From Eledone cirrhosa (lineage: Eukaryota), in assembly GCA_964016885.1 (NCBI GenBank), contig OZ024751.1, forward strand, positions 52,204,001-52,268,000: 64,000 bases of DNA, in the 5' to 3' direction. A program made the position numbers and the translations under genes. Each line of letters opens with the position of its first letter. Positions within the stretch are counted from its first letter, which is position 1. Of this stretch, positions 1 through 20,206 are shown piece after piece. The notes beneath the pieces were generated by a model. The model searched no databases. It saw only the letters and a list, made by a program, of their open reading frames with translations, and was not told the DNA's origin.

Positions 1-1136
<1,136 letters not shown>

Positions 1137-2106
1137 AAAAAAAACCCGGCTGACGCTGCCCTCTTACAGCAGGATCTGGATGCCATATACAGATGGGCGG
1201 AAGAAAACAACATGCAGTTTAATGCTGGCAAATTCCAAGCCCTACAATACAAACCTGCAAACACAAACACAAATGTAGCGGAACACAGCTACACAGGACC
1301 AGGAGGGACCGATATCCCCGTGTCAAAATCGATACGAGACCTGGGCATAGACATGAGCGATGATGCATCTTTTTCTTCACACATCATGAAGGTGGCGACA
1401 GCATGTAGACGATTCGCTGGCTGGATCTTGAGGACTTTCCTTACAAGAGATCGAGACACCATGTTGACACTGTGGAGGACTTTTGTCCTAAGCCGCCTGG
1501 ACTACTGCTCCCAGCTGTGGTCACCCCATAGTGTCAAACTAACCACAGAGCTTGAGGCAATCCAGCGAAGCTACACCAAGAGGATTGCCAAGATGAGGGA
1601 GACAAGCTACTGGGAGAGGCTGAAGGAACTGAACCTCTACTCCTTGGAGCGAAGACGGGAGAGATACGCAGTGATCTACATGTGGAAAATCCTGGAGGGA
1701 CTAGCACCAAACTTTGGCATTGGGAGCTGGACCAACCGTCGAACAGGACGTCACTGTGTGGTGCCAAAGGTCCCGTCTTCCACATCTAGAATAAGGAGCA
1801 GGTATTGCAATAGCCTGGGATTCAAGGGCCCTCAACTCTTCAACAGGCTGCCGAGGCATCTGCGAGACTTGCATGACGTGGAGGTGGATGTCTTTAAGAA
1901 ACATCTCGACACCTTGTTATCCAGGATCCCGGATGAGCCCACAGCAAGACACGAGGGAAACCTAAGGGCAGCAGCAACAAACTCCCTCCTACACCAGTGG
2001 CCAACCTATACAGGCTGGAGATAAAATGTGTAGCAACAAGGGCGGTGCCCCAGCATGGCCTCAGCCGGATGGCTGAAACAGGTAAAAGAGTAAAAGAGTA
2101 AAAGAG
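1137..2106 (+). mobile_element. 5'-truncated CR1-type LINE: C-terminal part of ORF2 reverse transcriptase, short 3'UTR and 8-bp tandem tail
   Basis: Uninterrupted frame to TAA at 2024 with [46 protein letters not shown] and [17 protein letters not shown] motifs typical of CR1-group RT. 3'UTR hairpin TCAGCC-ggat-GGCTGA, then (GTAAAAGA)3. Flanked by (TA)n on both sides. Confidence 0.9.
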
Positions 2107-8201
<6,095 letters not shown>

Positions 8202-8233
8202 TAAACGTTGATGATGATGATGATGATGATGAT
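8202..8233 (+). mobile_element. Orphan RTE 3' tail (extremely truncated insertion)
   Basis: TAAACGTT(GAT)n matches the 3' end of the RTE at 12835-12854. Confidence 0.65.
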
Positions 8234-8254
8234 ATATATATATATATATATATA

Positions 8255-8857
<603 letters not shown>

Positions 8858-8916
8858 ACATATATATACATATACATATATATACATATACATAAATATA
8901 TATGTATATATATATT

Positions 8917-11900
8917 TTTGTATCAAGTCCAAATAGCCAATCTATTGCTAAAACAATCTACATTTTTTGTATCATTAATTGTTAGATACGAAAGTTTTTG
9001 TCGTATTGAACAGAACAAATTTTGTATTTTTGTTAATCGCTTGTTAAATGCAAGGACCCCATTCAATCATTACCTCCTATCTAGCTACCCGCCACCCATC
9101 CACCCTTGCTATTACGTGGATCAATCATAAGCCAGAGCCCCACGCATCACTATTATTACGCGGACCAATCATAAGCCAGAGGCCTATACTATCGCTTGCC
9201 TGGTTGCCTTTCGATATATGATGGATGGATGGACTGCGGAATCCTGGAGAGTGGAGGAGAGAGAGAAAAATCTGGACGCTCAGCGACAATGCCAAAGATA
9301 AAGATAAAGACAAATTCACCTCGTGGGCGAGAATGCGAGCACTCCTCATTGTTTCGACCGCGGACGGCTAACATAACCCCATCGCCCCCCAACCCCCAAA
9401 CGCAATCCAAAACTTCAGAGTTGGTACCATAAATGTAGGCACCCTAAAGGGTCGCGCTAACGAGGTTGTAGAAATGCTTGAACGTAAGGAGGTCGATGTT
9501 TGTTGTATTCAAGAGACCAGGTGGAGGGGTGGGTCTGCTAGATTCATTGAGGGTAAAAAACGATGTTATAAGCTTTTCTGGGTGGGAAACGACGATGGGC
9601 TGGGTGGAGTAGGAATCATGGTAGCAGAAAAGTGGGCAGATAAGATAATAGACGTAAATAGAGTGAACGACAGAATAATTAAAATACGACTTGTCCTCAA
9701 TAGAACTACGGTGACAGTAATATCTGCGTACGCACCCCAATCCGGACTGCCCGGCACTATAAAAGACAGATTCTATGAGACACTGATGCTAACTACCTCC
9801 CAAATATCCGACAGTGACTATATAATTATTGCAGGCGACCTAAATGGTCACGTTGGACAACATTGTGACGGCTACGATGAAATCCATGGAGGCTATGGGT
9901 TTGGTACTAGAAATGAGGAAGGCTCCAGAATCCTGGAATTCTGTGATGCAAATAACCTAACTATCTGTAACACTAACTTCAAAAAACGTGACAATCACCT
10001 GATCACCTATAGATCCGGGGAACACACAAGCCAGGTAGATTATATCCTTACCAGAAGACGTGACAGAGTGTCTGTTGTAAACACTAAATCCCTCCCCCAT
10101 GAAGAATGCACCTCCCAACATAGACTGATAATTAGCGACCTCATAGTCAGGACGAGACGTACTCGACAGCAGAAGAGGACTATCCTCAGGAGAAAAATAT
10201 GGAAGCTAAAGGACCCCACAGCCAGGAATAAATTTCAAAGCATATTACTTGATGCTTTCGACAGTAAGGAAGAACATTTAGAGTCGGACAATATAGAGGG
10301 AGAGTAGGAATTTCTGAAAGCAAACCTGCTGTTGGCGACAGACGAAGTCTGTGGCTGGAGCAGGCCTGTAGGCAGGAGGAGAGTAACATGGTGGTGGAAC
10401 AGTAAGGTGGAGGGGTCAATTAAGGCCAAAAAGCAGGCTTGGAAAGTATGGCGGGATGGGGGAAGTAGAGAAGACTATCAAGTGGCCAGGAGGGAAGCTA
10501 GGAGACAAGTGTACTTAGCAAGAAGGGAAGCTGAGGAAAGAAAGTTCAAGCATGTTCTACAACGCGATGACCAAAAACGTGAGGTGTTCAGGATTGCTAG
10601 GCAATGCGTCAAGGAAAACCGTGATATTGTCGGGGAGAAGTGTGTACTAAACGATGATGGCACACTTGCCATCACCGACGCTGATAAGAAGGTAGCTTGG
10701 AAGTGTCACTATGAAAGGCTACTAAATGAGGAGAATAAATGGGAGAAAGACAGTCTCCCCCATATCGACCCAATAGAGGGACCAGCAGTGTTAGTCGAGG
10801 GGAGTATAATAAGTAAGGCAATCAAGGATATGAAGACGGGTAAGGCGGCTGGGCCTTCGGAAATAGTTGCTGAGATGCTGAAGGCATCTGGCACGGTGGG
10901 ACACACCATGGTCACCCGCATAGTTAACCAAGTCGTACAGAATGGGGTTGTTCCGAAGGACTGGCATAGCAGCATCATCGTTAACTGTTATAAGGGTAAA
11001 GGAGACGCCCTAGATAGGAGTAACTATAGAGGCATTAAATTAATCGACCAGGTCATGAAGGTCACGGAAAAAGTAATAGCACAACTAATCAGAGAGAGAA
11101 TTGACCTAGATGAAATGCAGTTCGGGTTTGTGTCAGGCAAAAGTACCACAGACGCTCTTTTCATTGTACGACAACTACAGGAGAAGTACCTAGCTAAAGG
11201 TAAACCCCTCTACTTAGCTTTTGTCGACTTGGAGAAAGCCTTCGACAGAGTCCCCCGCTCCATTATCTGGTGGGCTCTTAGAAAACTAGGCGTTGACGAA
11301 TGGCTTGTGAGAGCTATACAAGCCATGTATAAAGAAACAGTCAGCAAGGTTAGAATTAACAACGAATATAGTGAAGAGTTTAGCGTAAAAGTTGGCGTCC
11401 ATCAGGGCTCTGTTCTCAGCCCCCTACTATTTATTATTGCCCTTCAGGCTATAACAGAGGAGTTCAAGACCGGCTGCCCATGGGAACTCCTATACGCAGA
11501 CGACCTGACACTCATAGCGGAATCAATGGCCGAGCTAGAGAAGAAATTCCAAACATGGAAGCACGGCCTAGAATCAAAAGGCCTTAAAATTAACCTGGCT
11601 AAGACTAAAGTTCTAGTTTGTAGGAAAGAAAATGAGGCGGCGGTCCCTTCTGGGAAATGGTCGTGCTCGGTGTGTAGGAAAGGCGTAGGTAGAAACTCCA
11701 TTTATGTCCTATGCAAAGTATGGGTGCATAAAAGATGTAGTGGGATCACAGGTAAGCTAACTAAGAACATAGATTTTACATGTGGCCGGTGCTCTGGTGC
11801 AATAAGTAGCAGCAAGTGCCCACAAAATACTAGCTCTTTCAATTGCGCAGAGGGTTCTATAGAAATAGTGGACAGTTTCCGTTACCTGGGTGATAAAATC

Positions 11901-12850
11901 AGCAGTGGGGGAGGGTGCTCTGAAAGTACAGTAGCTAGAGTCAGAACTGGTTGGAAAAAGTTCAGAGAGCTTATACCACTATTAGCTGCTAAAGGGTTCT
12001 CCCTAAAAATGAAAGGCAGGTTGTACAATGCCTACATACGAACAGCAATGTTGCATGGCAGTGAGACCTGGGCATTGTGTGCAGAGGATATACGCAGACT
12101 AGAGAGGAACGAAGCTTGCATGCTCCGCTGGATGTGCAATAGTAATATACGTGAACGGCAAAGCATAAACGAACTAAGGAAAAAATTAGAAATAAGAGGG
12201 ATCAGATGTTGTTTACTCGAGAGAAGGCTACGTTGGTATGGACACGTGATGCGCATGAAAGTCGATAGCTGTATAACAAAGTGCAGGGCAATAAAGATAG
12301 ACGGTAGCCACGGAATAGGCAGACCTAGAAAATCCTGGGACGAGCTGATAAACTCCGACCTCACACACTTACACCTCTCCAAGACAATGTCACTGGACCG
12401 AGACCTTTGGCGGTACTCAGTAATAGAGAAGACCTGCCTTACCTAAATACATAGTAAAACCTACTACAGCCAGTAGGCATCTCTAACAAAATCCCCGTCC
12501 TACTACCCCCCCCCCCCCCCCGGTCCCACTACCCACACCCCATCCACACCAACCCCTCATATGTAAAGTTATGTTGGTGCCACAACATCCAGGCCGAAAC
12601 AAATGAGATCGTGTAGGTGTCACGACAAAAAAAACACACAGTCGACGCTGTAATGTGGCCGTGTAGGCAACACGGTAAAAACCTCCCAGTCCCACACTGT
12701 AAATGTGGTTGGTGTTAGGAAGGGTATCCAACTGTAGAAAACCTGCCAGACAGTCCTATGCGAGCAAGACAATCACTCTTGCCTCAAGTGGGAATACCCC
12801 CGTCCAAACCCATGCAAGCGTGGAACACGGACGTTAAACGTTGATGATGA

Positions 12851-12854
<4 letters not shown>
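8917..12854 (+). mobile_element. Near full-length RTE-clade LINE (about 3.9 kb) with (GAT)n tail, inserted in (TA)n
   Basis: Single EN-RT frame, a 3'UTR with the GGTTGGTGTTAGGAAGGG.ATCC motif, a terminal stem-loop and a (GAT)n tail. TA tracts on both sides. Confidence 0.95.
9414..12446 (+). pseudogene. RTE ORF: AP endonuclease, reverse transcriptase and PHD-like Cys/His finger; in-frame TAG at 10305-10307
   Basis: Endonuclease motifs GTINVGTL, CIQETRW, SAYAPQ, AGDLNGH, QVDYIL. RT motifs NYRGIKL, QFGF, AFVDLEKAFDRV, GVHQGSVLSPLLF, YADD, FRYLG. ORFs 9474-10307 and 10332-12446 are in the same frame. Probable frameshift near 9410 from the upstream MPKIKIK frame. Confidence 0.92.
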
Positions 12855-12891
<37 letters not shown>

Positions 12892-12914
12892 AATACTGTA
12901 TTATATATATATAT

Positions 12915-13130
12915 ATTTATTGATTTATTGATAATTTATCTGAGTGTCCCGAATCTTCCATGTCGAACTTTTCGGTTATTTGGTTGATTGTAGACATATT
13001 CTACGTGTGACGGTATTTTAACGATAGTTATAGCTCTAATTTATTTGAATTATAGAGCCCTCTGCCGCTCATCTCGAATTTTGTTTATCGTGAACTCGTG
13101 CGCCGATTTTTCGATACTCGATTATTCTAC
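12915..13130. mobile_element. Unclassified short CpG-retaining insertion in (TA)n, possibly a retroelement terminal-repeat fragment
   Basis: Complex island between TA tracts, with CATAAATACTGTATTATA repeated on both flanks. Confidence 0.35.
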
Positions 13131-13217
13131 TATATATATATATATATACATAAATACTGTATTATACATATATATATATATAGATATATATATGTATATA
13201 TACATAAATACTGTATT

Positions 13218-13280
<63 letters not shown>

Positions 13281-13353
13281 CATAAATACTGTATTATACA
13301 TATACATATATATATATACTGTATTATACATATATATATATATATATATACAC

Positions 13354-13384
<31 letters not shown>

Positions 13385-13749
13385 AGGAAAAGAAATTGAA
13401 AATGCAACTGGAGTCTTTTAAGAATATTTATTTACTTTACCAGTTACACAGTTCTTATGATTATCAAAAGTAAAATTGAGATGGAGGGTTTGTGTTTCTG
13501 TTGTGGTGTCTCACACAGACAAGCTCCCACACACACACACAGGCCCGCACACACACACATGGTAAAATTGTACATTATATTTTATTTCGTAATTTATCTT
13601 CATTGTTGTCAATCCAGTTTTTATTATGTTTGTATTAATTTATCTGTTTTATTATATAAGTTATTTGTTTTCTTTTTTCATTGTGGTTTGTCTTTCTATA
13701 TACATGCTGACATTAGCATAATGTTAACATCACACCATTGGCTTTCATT

Positions 13750-14705
13750 CCACTACATCACACCACACCATAACACCACTACACTACACCATACCACGAC
13801 ACCACACCACATCACACCACTACACTACACCATACCACGACACCACACCACTACACTACACCATACCACGACACCACACCACTACACTACACCATACCAC
13901 GACACCACACCACATCACACCACTATACCACCATACCACGACACCACACCGCATCACACCACTATATCACCATAACACCACTACACCATACCACCACATC
14001 ATACCACACCATACCACCACACTACACCATACCACCACACTACACCATACCACCACACTACACCATATCACCACACTACACCATATCACCACACTACACC
14101 ATACCACCACACTACACCATACCACCACACTACACCATATCACCACACTACACCATACCACCACACCACACCACACTACACCATACAACCATTCTACTAC
14201 ACCACAACACTACACCATACCACGACACCACACCGCATCACACCACTATATCACCATAACACCACTACACTACACCATACCACACCATACCACCACACTA
14301 CACCATACCACCACACTACACCATACCACCACACCACACCATACCACCACACCACACCATACCACCACACTACATCATACCACCACACTACACCATACCA
14401 CCACACTACATCATACCACCACACCACACTACACCACACCATCACACTACACAATACCACCACACCACACTACACCACACCACCACACTACACAATACCA
14501 CCACACCACACCATACAACCATTCTACTGCACCACCACAACACTATTCGATTTCATTGCACTACACCACCACAACACCACCACAACACCATGACACCACA
14601 CCATACCACCACACCACACCACACTATACCATACCACTACATCACATCACTATGCCACCACAGCTCCACTGTACTACTACACTACACTACACCACACCAC
14701 CACAC
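13750..14705. repeat. CACCA/CACTA-based degenerate minisatellite
   Basis: Repeated CACCATACCACCACACTA-type units. Confidence 0.9.
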
Positions 14706-17700
14706 CTTTTATTATTTCCGTTCTTGGTAATTCCACAAAAAATGGAATTCAAACCGACAAATTCAGTTTACATGGGTGTTACATTTTAAAGATGTGTGTT
14801 GTGTGTGTGTGCGTGTGCGTGTGCGTGTGCGTGCGTGCATTTGCTTATATAATTTTTTTTAATTTTCTTATTTTCTAAAACTACAACCTTTAAGCAGTTT
14901 TTATACTTTTCAAAGTGCCGGAGAATTATTATTATTATTATTGTTATTATTATTACATAGTAAATAATAGTTCTTTCTTGTTTTCTTTCTTCATTGACCC
15001 AGTTAAATACAAATCTCTTTCTTTTTGGTTTTTAATACTCTTATTGTTTAAATGAGTTTTTTTTCCACAAACAGATTAGCTTACTACTACTACCACCACA
15101 ACCACTACCACTACTACTTGTACTTCTACTATTGGATATATTATGACAATTTCAACAAACTAGGGTTTTAATTTTTTTTTTTTTAAGATCAAAATTTTCA
15201 AATGTTTGCCATCTTGAGTAGACTAAAGCAATAGAAATGTCTTGATCAAAGACAAATGCACAGATGGGAATTGAATTCATAACCTTAGAATTGCAAGCTA
15301 GAAAACCTAACCACTAAGCCACAAACCTCCAACTAATTTGCATGGGTGACTGCTGATCTTCCACAAAAGTTATGACTAACTCATGGTTAGTCATAACTGA
15401 AAGAGAACCCTACCCCTGGGTTAGATGAACATTGTTTTGAGACAGTATTTTACACCTGGACACCATTCCTGACACCATTCTATAGATTACGTTATAATAA
15501 TGTGGGACTGTAAAGCTGTGGAATATAATGTTTGAACTAGCTCAAACATTACTCAAACAAGACTATTGTAAAGATATGTGCATTTTTGACATATGTGTGC
15601 ATACACTCATGCACATGTACAATGGGCTTTCTGTTCTGTTTCTGTCCACCAAATTTCATTCACAAGACATCTGACTATCATAGAAGGTAATTAACCAAGG
15701 TCCTACACAGTGAGATCAAACTTGAACTTGAAATCACATAGTTGCAAAGCAGACTTCCTAACCATCCAGCCATCATAAATGAATATTTTAAATCTCTTTT
15801 GATTGGAAACTGCTTGAAACGGTACCTGGTTCTACAATACAAACTGTTTATTGCTCCAAAAATCAAAGTTATATTAGAATAAAAGCCTCTAAACTCTTGA
15901 TTAATTTCAAAATTATCTAAAATGTGGGAGAGAGGGAGTCAGTGACAGTGGGAGTTTAATTCTTTTGTGTTCAGACCTTGTGTGTGTATATGTTTCACGA
16001 ACACACACTCATGTGTATACTTTTATATGCAGAAATATATATGTTGAAACAGAAAGAATATATCTTTCATTAGAAATTTGGTAATGAGAGGGTTAAAGTA
16101 TATCTATCTAAAAACTTCCCATTATAATTTTATGTAAGAAGCTTTATGCTCCAATCAGCAGCTTAATGGTGGGAAAGTTAATTATATTACCATATACTTC
16201 CAAATTCTTGATTATTTTCAAGATTTAAACTTTACAGAGAGTGTCCAACCCATGCAAGCATAGAAAAGTGGATGTAATAGCTACGATGATGAAAATGGTG
16301 ATGATGATGATATTGTTTCATTAGCAATATGGTAACGAAAGGGTTAATTATGGAGGCACTTGTCTCTACTTGCTTTGGAGAAGGACAGTTTAGCCAGCAG
16401 AAACAATCCCAGCTGCACAAATATTGTCTATAAAGACTACAAACAGATCACAGACAGAGAAAGATAGGAGGTAGTGGTGGGGCTGGTGGTGATGGGGGTG
16501 AAGGTGGTGCCAGCATTTATCACAAACAGGCACACACTTGCTATCCTACTTACTCCTCAACAATTAAACTGCTATTTTACAATCTAATGACATAAACTCT
16601 ATAAAATTGAGCAGGGAGTGAGAATACAACACAGTCCCCTAGATTTCCAACTACCTCTTGTTTGTTATTTTTACTGACATGAATAAATTGACTTAGTTTA
16701 AGCCCCCCCCCCCCCCCCCCCCCCGTAATATCCTCTCTGTTTATCTCTGCAAAAGAAAGTCTTACATTAATGGTGATGATGATGACGACAATGGTAGTGG
16801 TGGTTTAGATGGTAGCGGTTGTAGTTTAGGTGCTGTTTTGGATGGTGAGGGTTTTGGTGGTAGTTTAGTTAGTGGTAATGGTAGTGGGTATTTGGTTAGT
16901 GGTGGTTTGGATGGTTGTGGTAGTAGTTTAGGTGGTGAATGTTTTTGGTGATAGTTTAGTTGGTGGTAATAGTGGTGGGGGTTTGGTTAGTGGTGGTTTG
17001 GATGGTAGAGATGGTGATATTGATTATGGTGATGATGATGATCATATTGTTTAATGTTTGGAGAGAGAATATCTACTTGAAAGTAATCCTATTATGGAGG
17101 AATTGAACTGTTTCTTAAAATAGTCAGCCACTAGTGACAGACATACAGCACAGCAATAGTAGTTATGAATAAATTAATCTCATGTCATGATTTGAGGGTC
17201 TGGTGGTGCTGGTGAGTGTGTGACTGTGTGGGAGGCAGAGGACTCAGACAATCTCACCCACTCTTCTAACCATTCCTAGTGGTTTCCATACTCTCTTTTA
17301 GATGAATAAGGTTGAGTTTTCTTCCAACCTGATTTACTGCTAGAGTTGGTTCCTAGACTTTGCCTTTGCACAAACACGCACAACTAGTGAGGGTTTATGC
17401 TGAGAGGTTGTCCTTCTAGTAGCAGTTATAAGACAACATAAACACAATCCTACAATTTAGTCATTTCTAGAAATTAATTCAAATGATGTTGCCACAGCTG
17501 TTGTTGTAGAGGAAGATAGGAAGGGAAGATCAAACTAAACTCTTTCATTGCCATATTTATAATGAAAGATACTGCATATAATTTTGAAAAGAATTTGGAG
17601 GGATTTAGTAATTATAAACTCTCTCATTAAATGTGTGTTTGAAGCTTAACTTAATTAGTCTTGCATACAATTATGATGAAAAGTTTTTAGATAACTATAA

Positions 17701-18605
17701 ACACTTTAAAATAAATATCCTTGCATCATTAGAACCAGGATGGTCTGGAAACGAAAGGGTAAATATCAACACTTAATGTACCATATGAATCTGTATTAGC
17801 AAGAGATTCTCAAAAAGTATAAAACACCACTATGGTTGCGTCACATTGAAAGTTAATGTTTTTACTTTTAAAAAATGTTGTATTGGTGCTTCTACATAGA
17901 GGTATACATATAAATATACAGGAAACTTTAGTTCACTGTAAATTTTCACAATGGTTTGTCCAACAGTAAAGATACTACACACTTTTGAATTAACAAACCC
18001 ATATTTAGATATTTTCTGTTAAATTATTACAGGATGTCAAGTTTTAATCTTCTTTCTTGGCACAGTAATTCAGTTTGTTTTCCATAGACTTTCACTCATA
18101 TTCTCTTATAAGACTAAATAGTTTATGAATTATCAAAGCATTGAAATCTTGAAAATGGGAGAGTCCCAAACTCAGAAAATAGGTCAATCTCTACAGATAA
18201 TTGGGTAAATTACCCGAAGAGACAGAAACCAGAGTTGTTTACAAAGTAATAAATATAGAAAGCCGCCAGTTTATTATTTATGCAGCATAATTTTCAAGCT
18301 GCATGCATTGTATATAAAACGCTTGACCTGGTTGCTATAAATAACCCACAACTGTTTAAGGTTTTGGATGACTGTTCACAGTGTCAAAAGTTCAAATCTT
18401 ACAACAAGCTATTGCTCTGCTTAGCTGGAACTAAGGGTTTATATTTTAGTGTGTGTGGTTTAGGGTCATTTAGAGCTTGAAACTATATATTTCAAACCTG
18501 AACAGCTGCTAAATCTTTTTTTTACCAACTGTCAACTTTTGCAGTAACCCCCCCCCCCTCCCATATCATAATAGATTATTAATTAAATTAGAACCAACCA
18601 GATGA

Positions 18606-18647
<42 letters not shown>

Positions 18648-18684
18648 TTAAATTTTTTTTATTTGTACCCCCCCCCCCCCTCTT

Positions 18685-18863
18685 TTTTTTTCTAAATATC
18701 TCTCCTCCACTCCCCTACACACCCTCGGAACTCTCTTCCCACCCACTTTTCGCCTGAAGAAGGGCTTATGCCCGAAACGTCCCCACCCCCCAACTCTCGA
18801 GAACGTGAAACTAATAAACCTTTGTTCGTACTGCCTCTGTTTTGTTCCCGTTCCATTTTTCAC
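18685..18863 (+). mobile_element. Penelope-like terminal-repeat fragment with a hammerhead core
   Basis: CTGAAGA-A-GGGC-TTAT-GCCC-GAAACGTC at 18754-18781, then AATAAA; TA-tract flanks. Confidence 0.55.
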
Positions 18864-18986
18864 TATATTTATATATATATGTGTGTGTGTGTGTGTGTAT
18901 TTTTATAGATGATGACATATACATATATATACTACCCTAAATTGAAAATTTGGCATAAGTTTTTATATATATATATATATATATAT

Positions 18987-19383
18987 ATACGATATTAACA
19001 AATGGAAACTATATTTATAAAACCATATTTATTTCATTATACATATTTCAAGGACACCAAGTTAAATTATGGTGTGCTTTCATCAGATAAAATATAATAT
19101 AGAGCAGTTTTATAAATAAATATTGACATACCCTTAAAGAATGCAACCATTACTGTTATCAATATTTATTTATAAAACTGCTCTATATTATATTTTATCT
19201 GATGAAAGCACACCATAATTTAACTTGGTGTCCTTGAAATATGTATAATGAAATAAATATGGTTTTATAAATATAGTTTCCATTTGTTAATATCGTATTT
19301 TTACTCCAATTATTTGTTGAGTGCTTTATATCAGTTATAAAAATATTTGCTTGTTGTATCCCAACAATTTAAATAGAACTTTT
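18987..19383. mobile_element. Second fold-back element (140-bp inverted arms, 32-nt spacer), same family as 8255-8730
   Basis: 18987-19126 is the reverse complement of 19159-19298; arm and unique tail align with 8453-8730. Confidence 0.8.
19191..19255 (+). ncRNA. Minimal type I hammerhead ribozyme motif (mirror copy on the minus strand at about 19030-19094)
   Basis: Stem I UAUUUUAU/AUGAAAUA, core CUGAUGA (19199-19205), stem II AAGcACACCA/UGGUGUcCUU, GAAA (19236-19239), UAUGUA, then UA. Confidence 0.75.
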
Positions 19384-19467
19384 ATATATATATATATATA
19401 TAAACTTATGCCAACATTTCAATTTAGGGTAGCATAAGTCAGACCGACTAAAATAAGTTAGTATAAT

Positions 19468-19680
19468 TGTCTCCCTACCATGTTTCCTGGAACAAAGAAA
19501 CATTACCAGCTGTTTCAAATTATTGAAACTACCAATATCGAACGAACATTGTTCTCTTAGTGATATTTTATCTGTCTCCCTATCATGGTTTCTGGAACAA
19601 AGAAACAGTAGCTGCTTTTTCAAATTATTGGAACCACCAATATCGAACGAGCATTGTTCTCTAAGTGATATTTTATCTGT
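19468..19680. repeat. Diverged tandem duplication of about 105 bp
   Basis: TGTCTCCCTA.CATG..T.CTGGAACAAAGAAAC...GTGATATTTTATC occurs twice in tandem. Confidence 0.8.
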
Positions 19681-19892
19681 ATATTTTATCCATTCATTCA
19701 AATGTCTAAGTATTAGAGACAGATAATTTAAAAAAATTATATATATATATAATACAAAAAATGAGGAAGTTTCATTTATATATGAAAAATAGTTATTGCA
19801 TATCAACCTGTTACACGTGTTTCACAGAGGATTGGCTCAAGGAGACCCATAGGACTTATGGACGCGATTCCAGTATCGATCTGCTCCTACAC

Positions 19893-20206
<314 letters not shown>

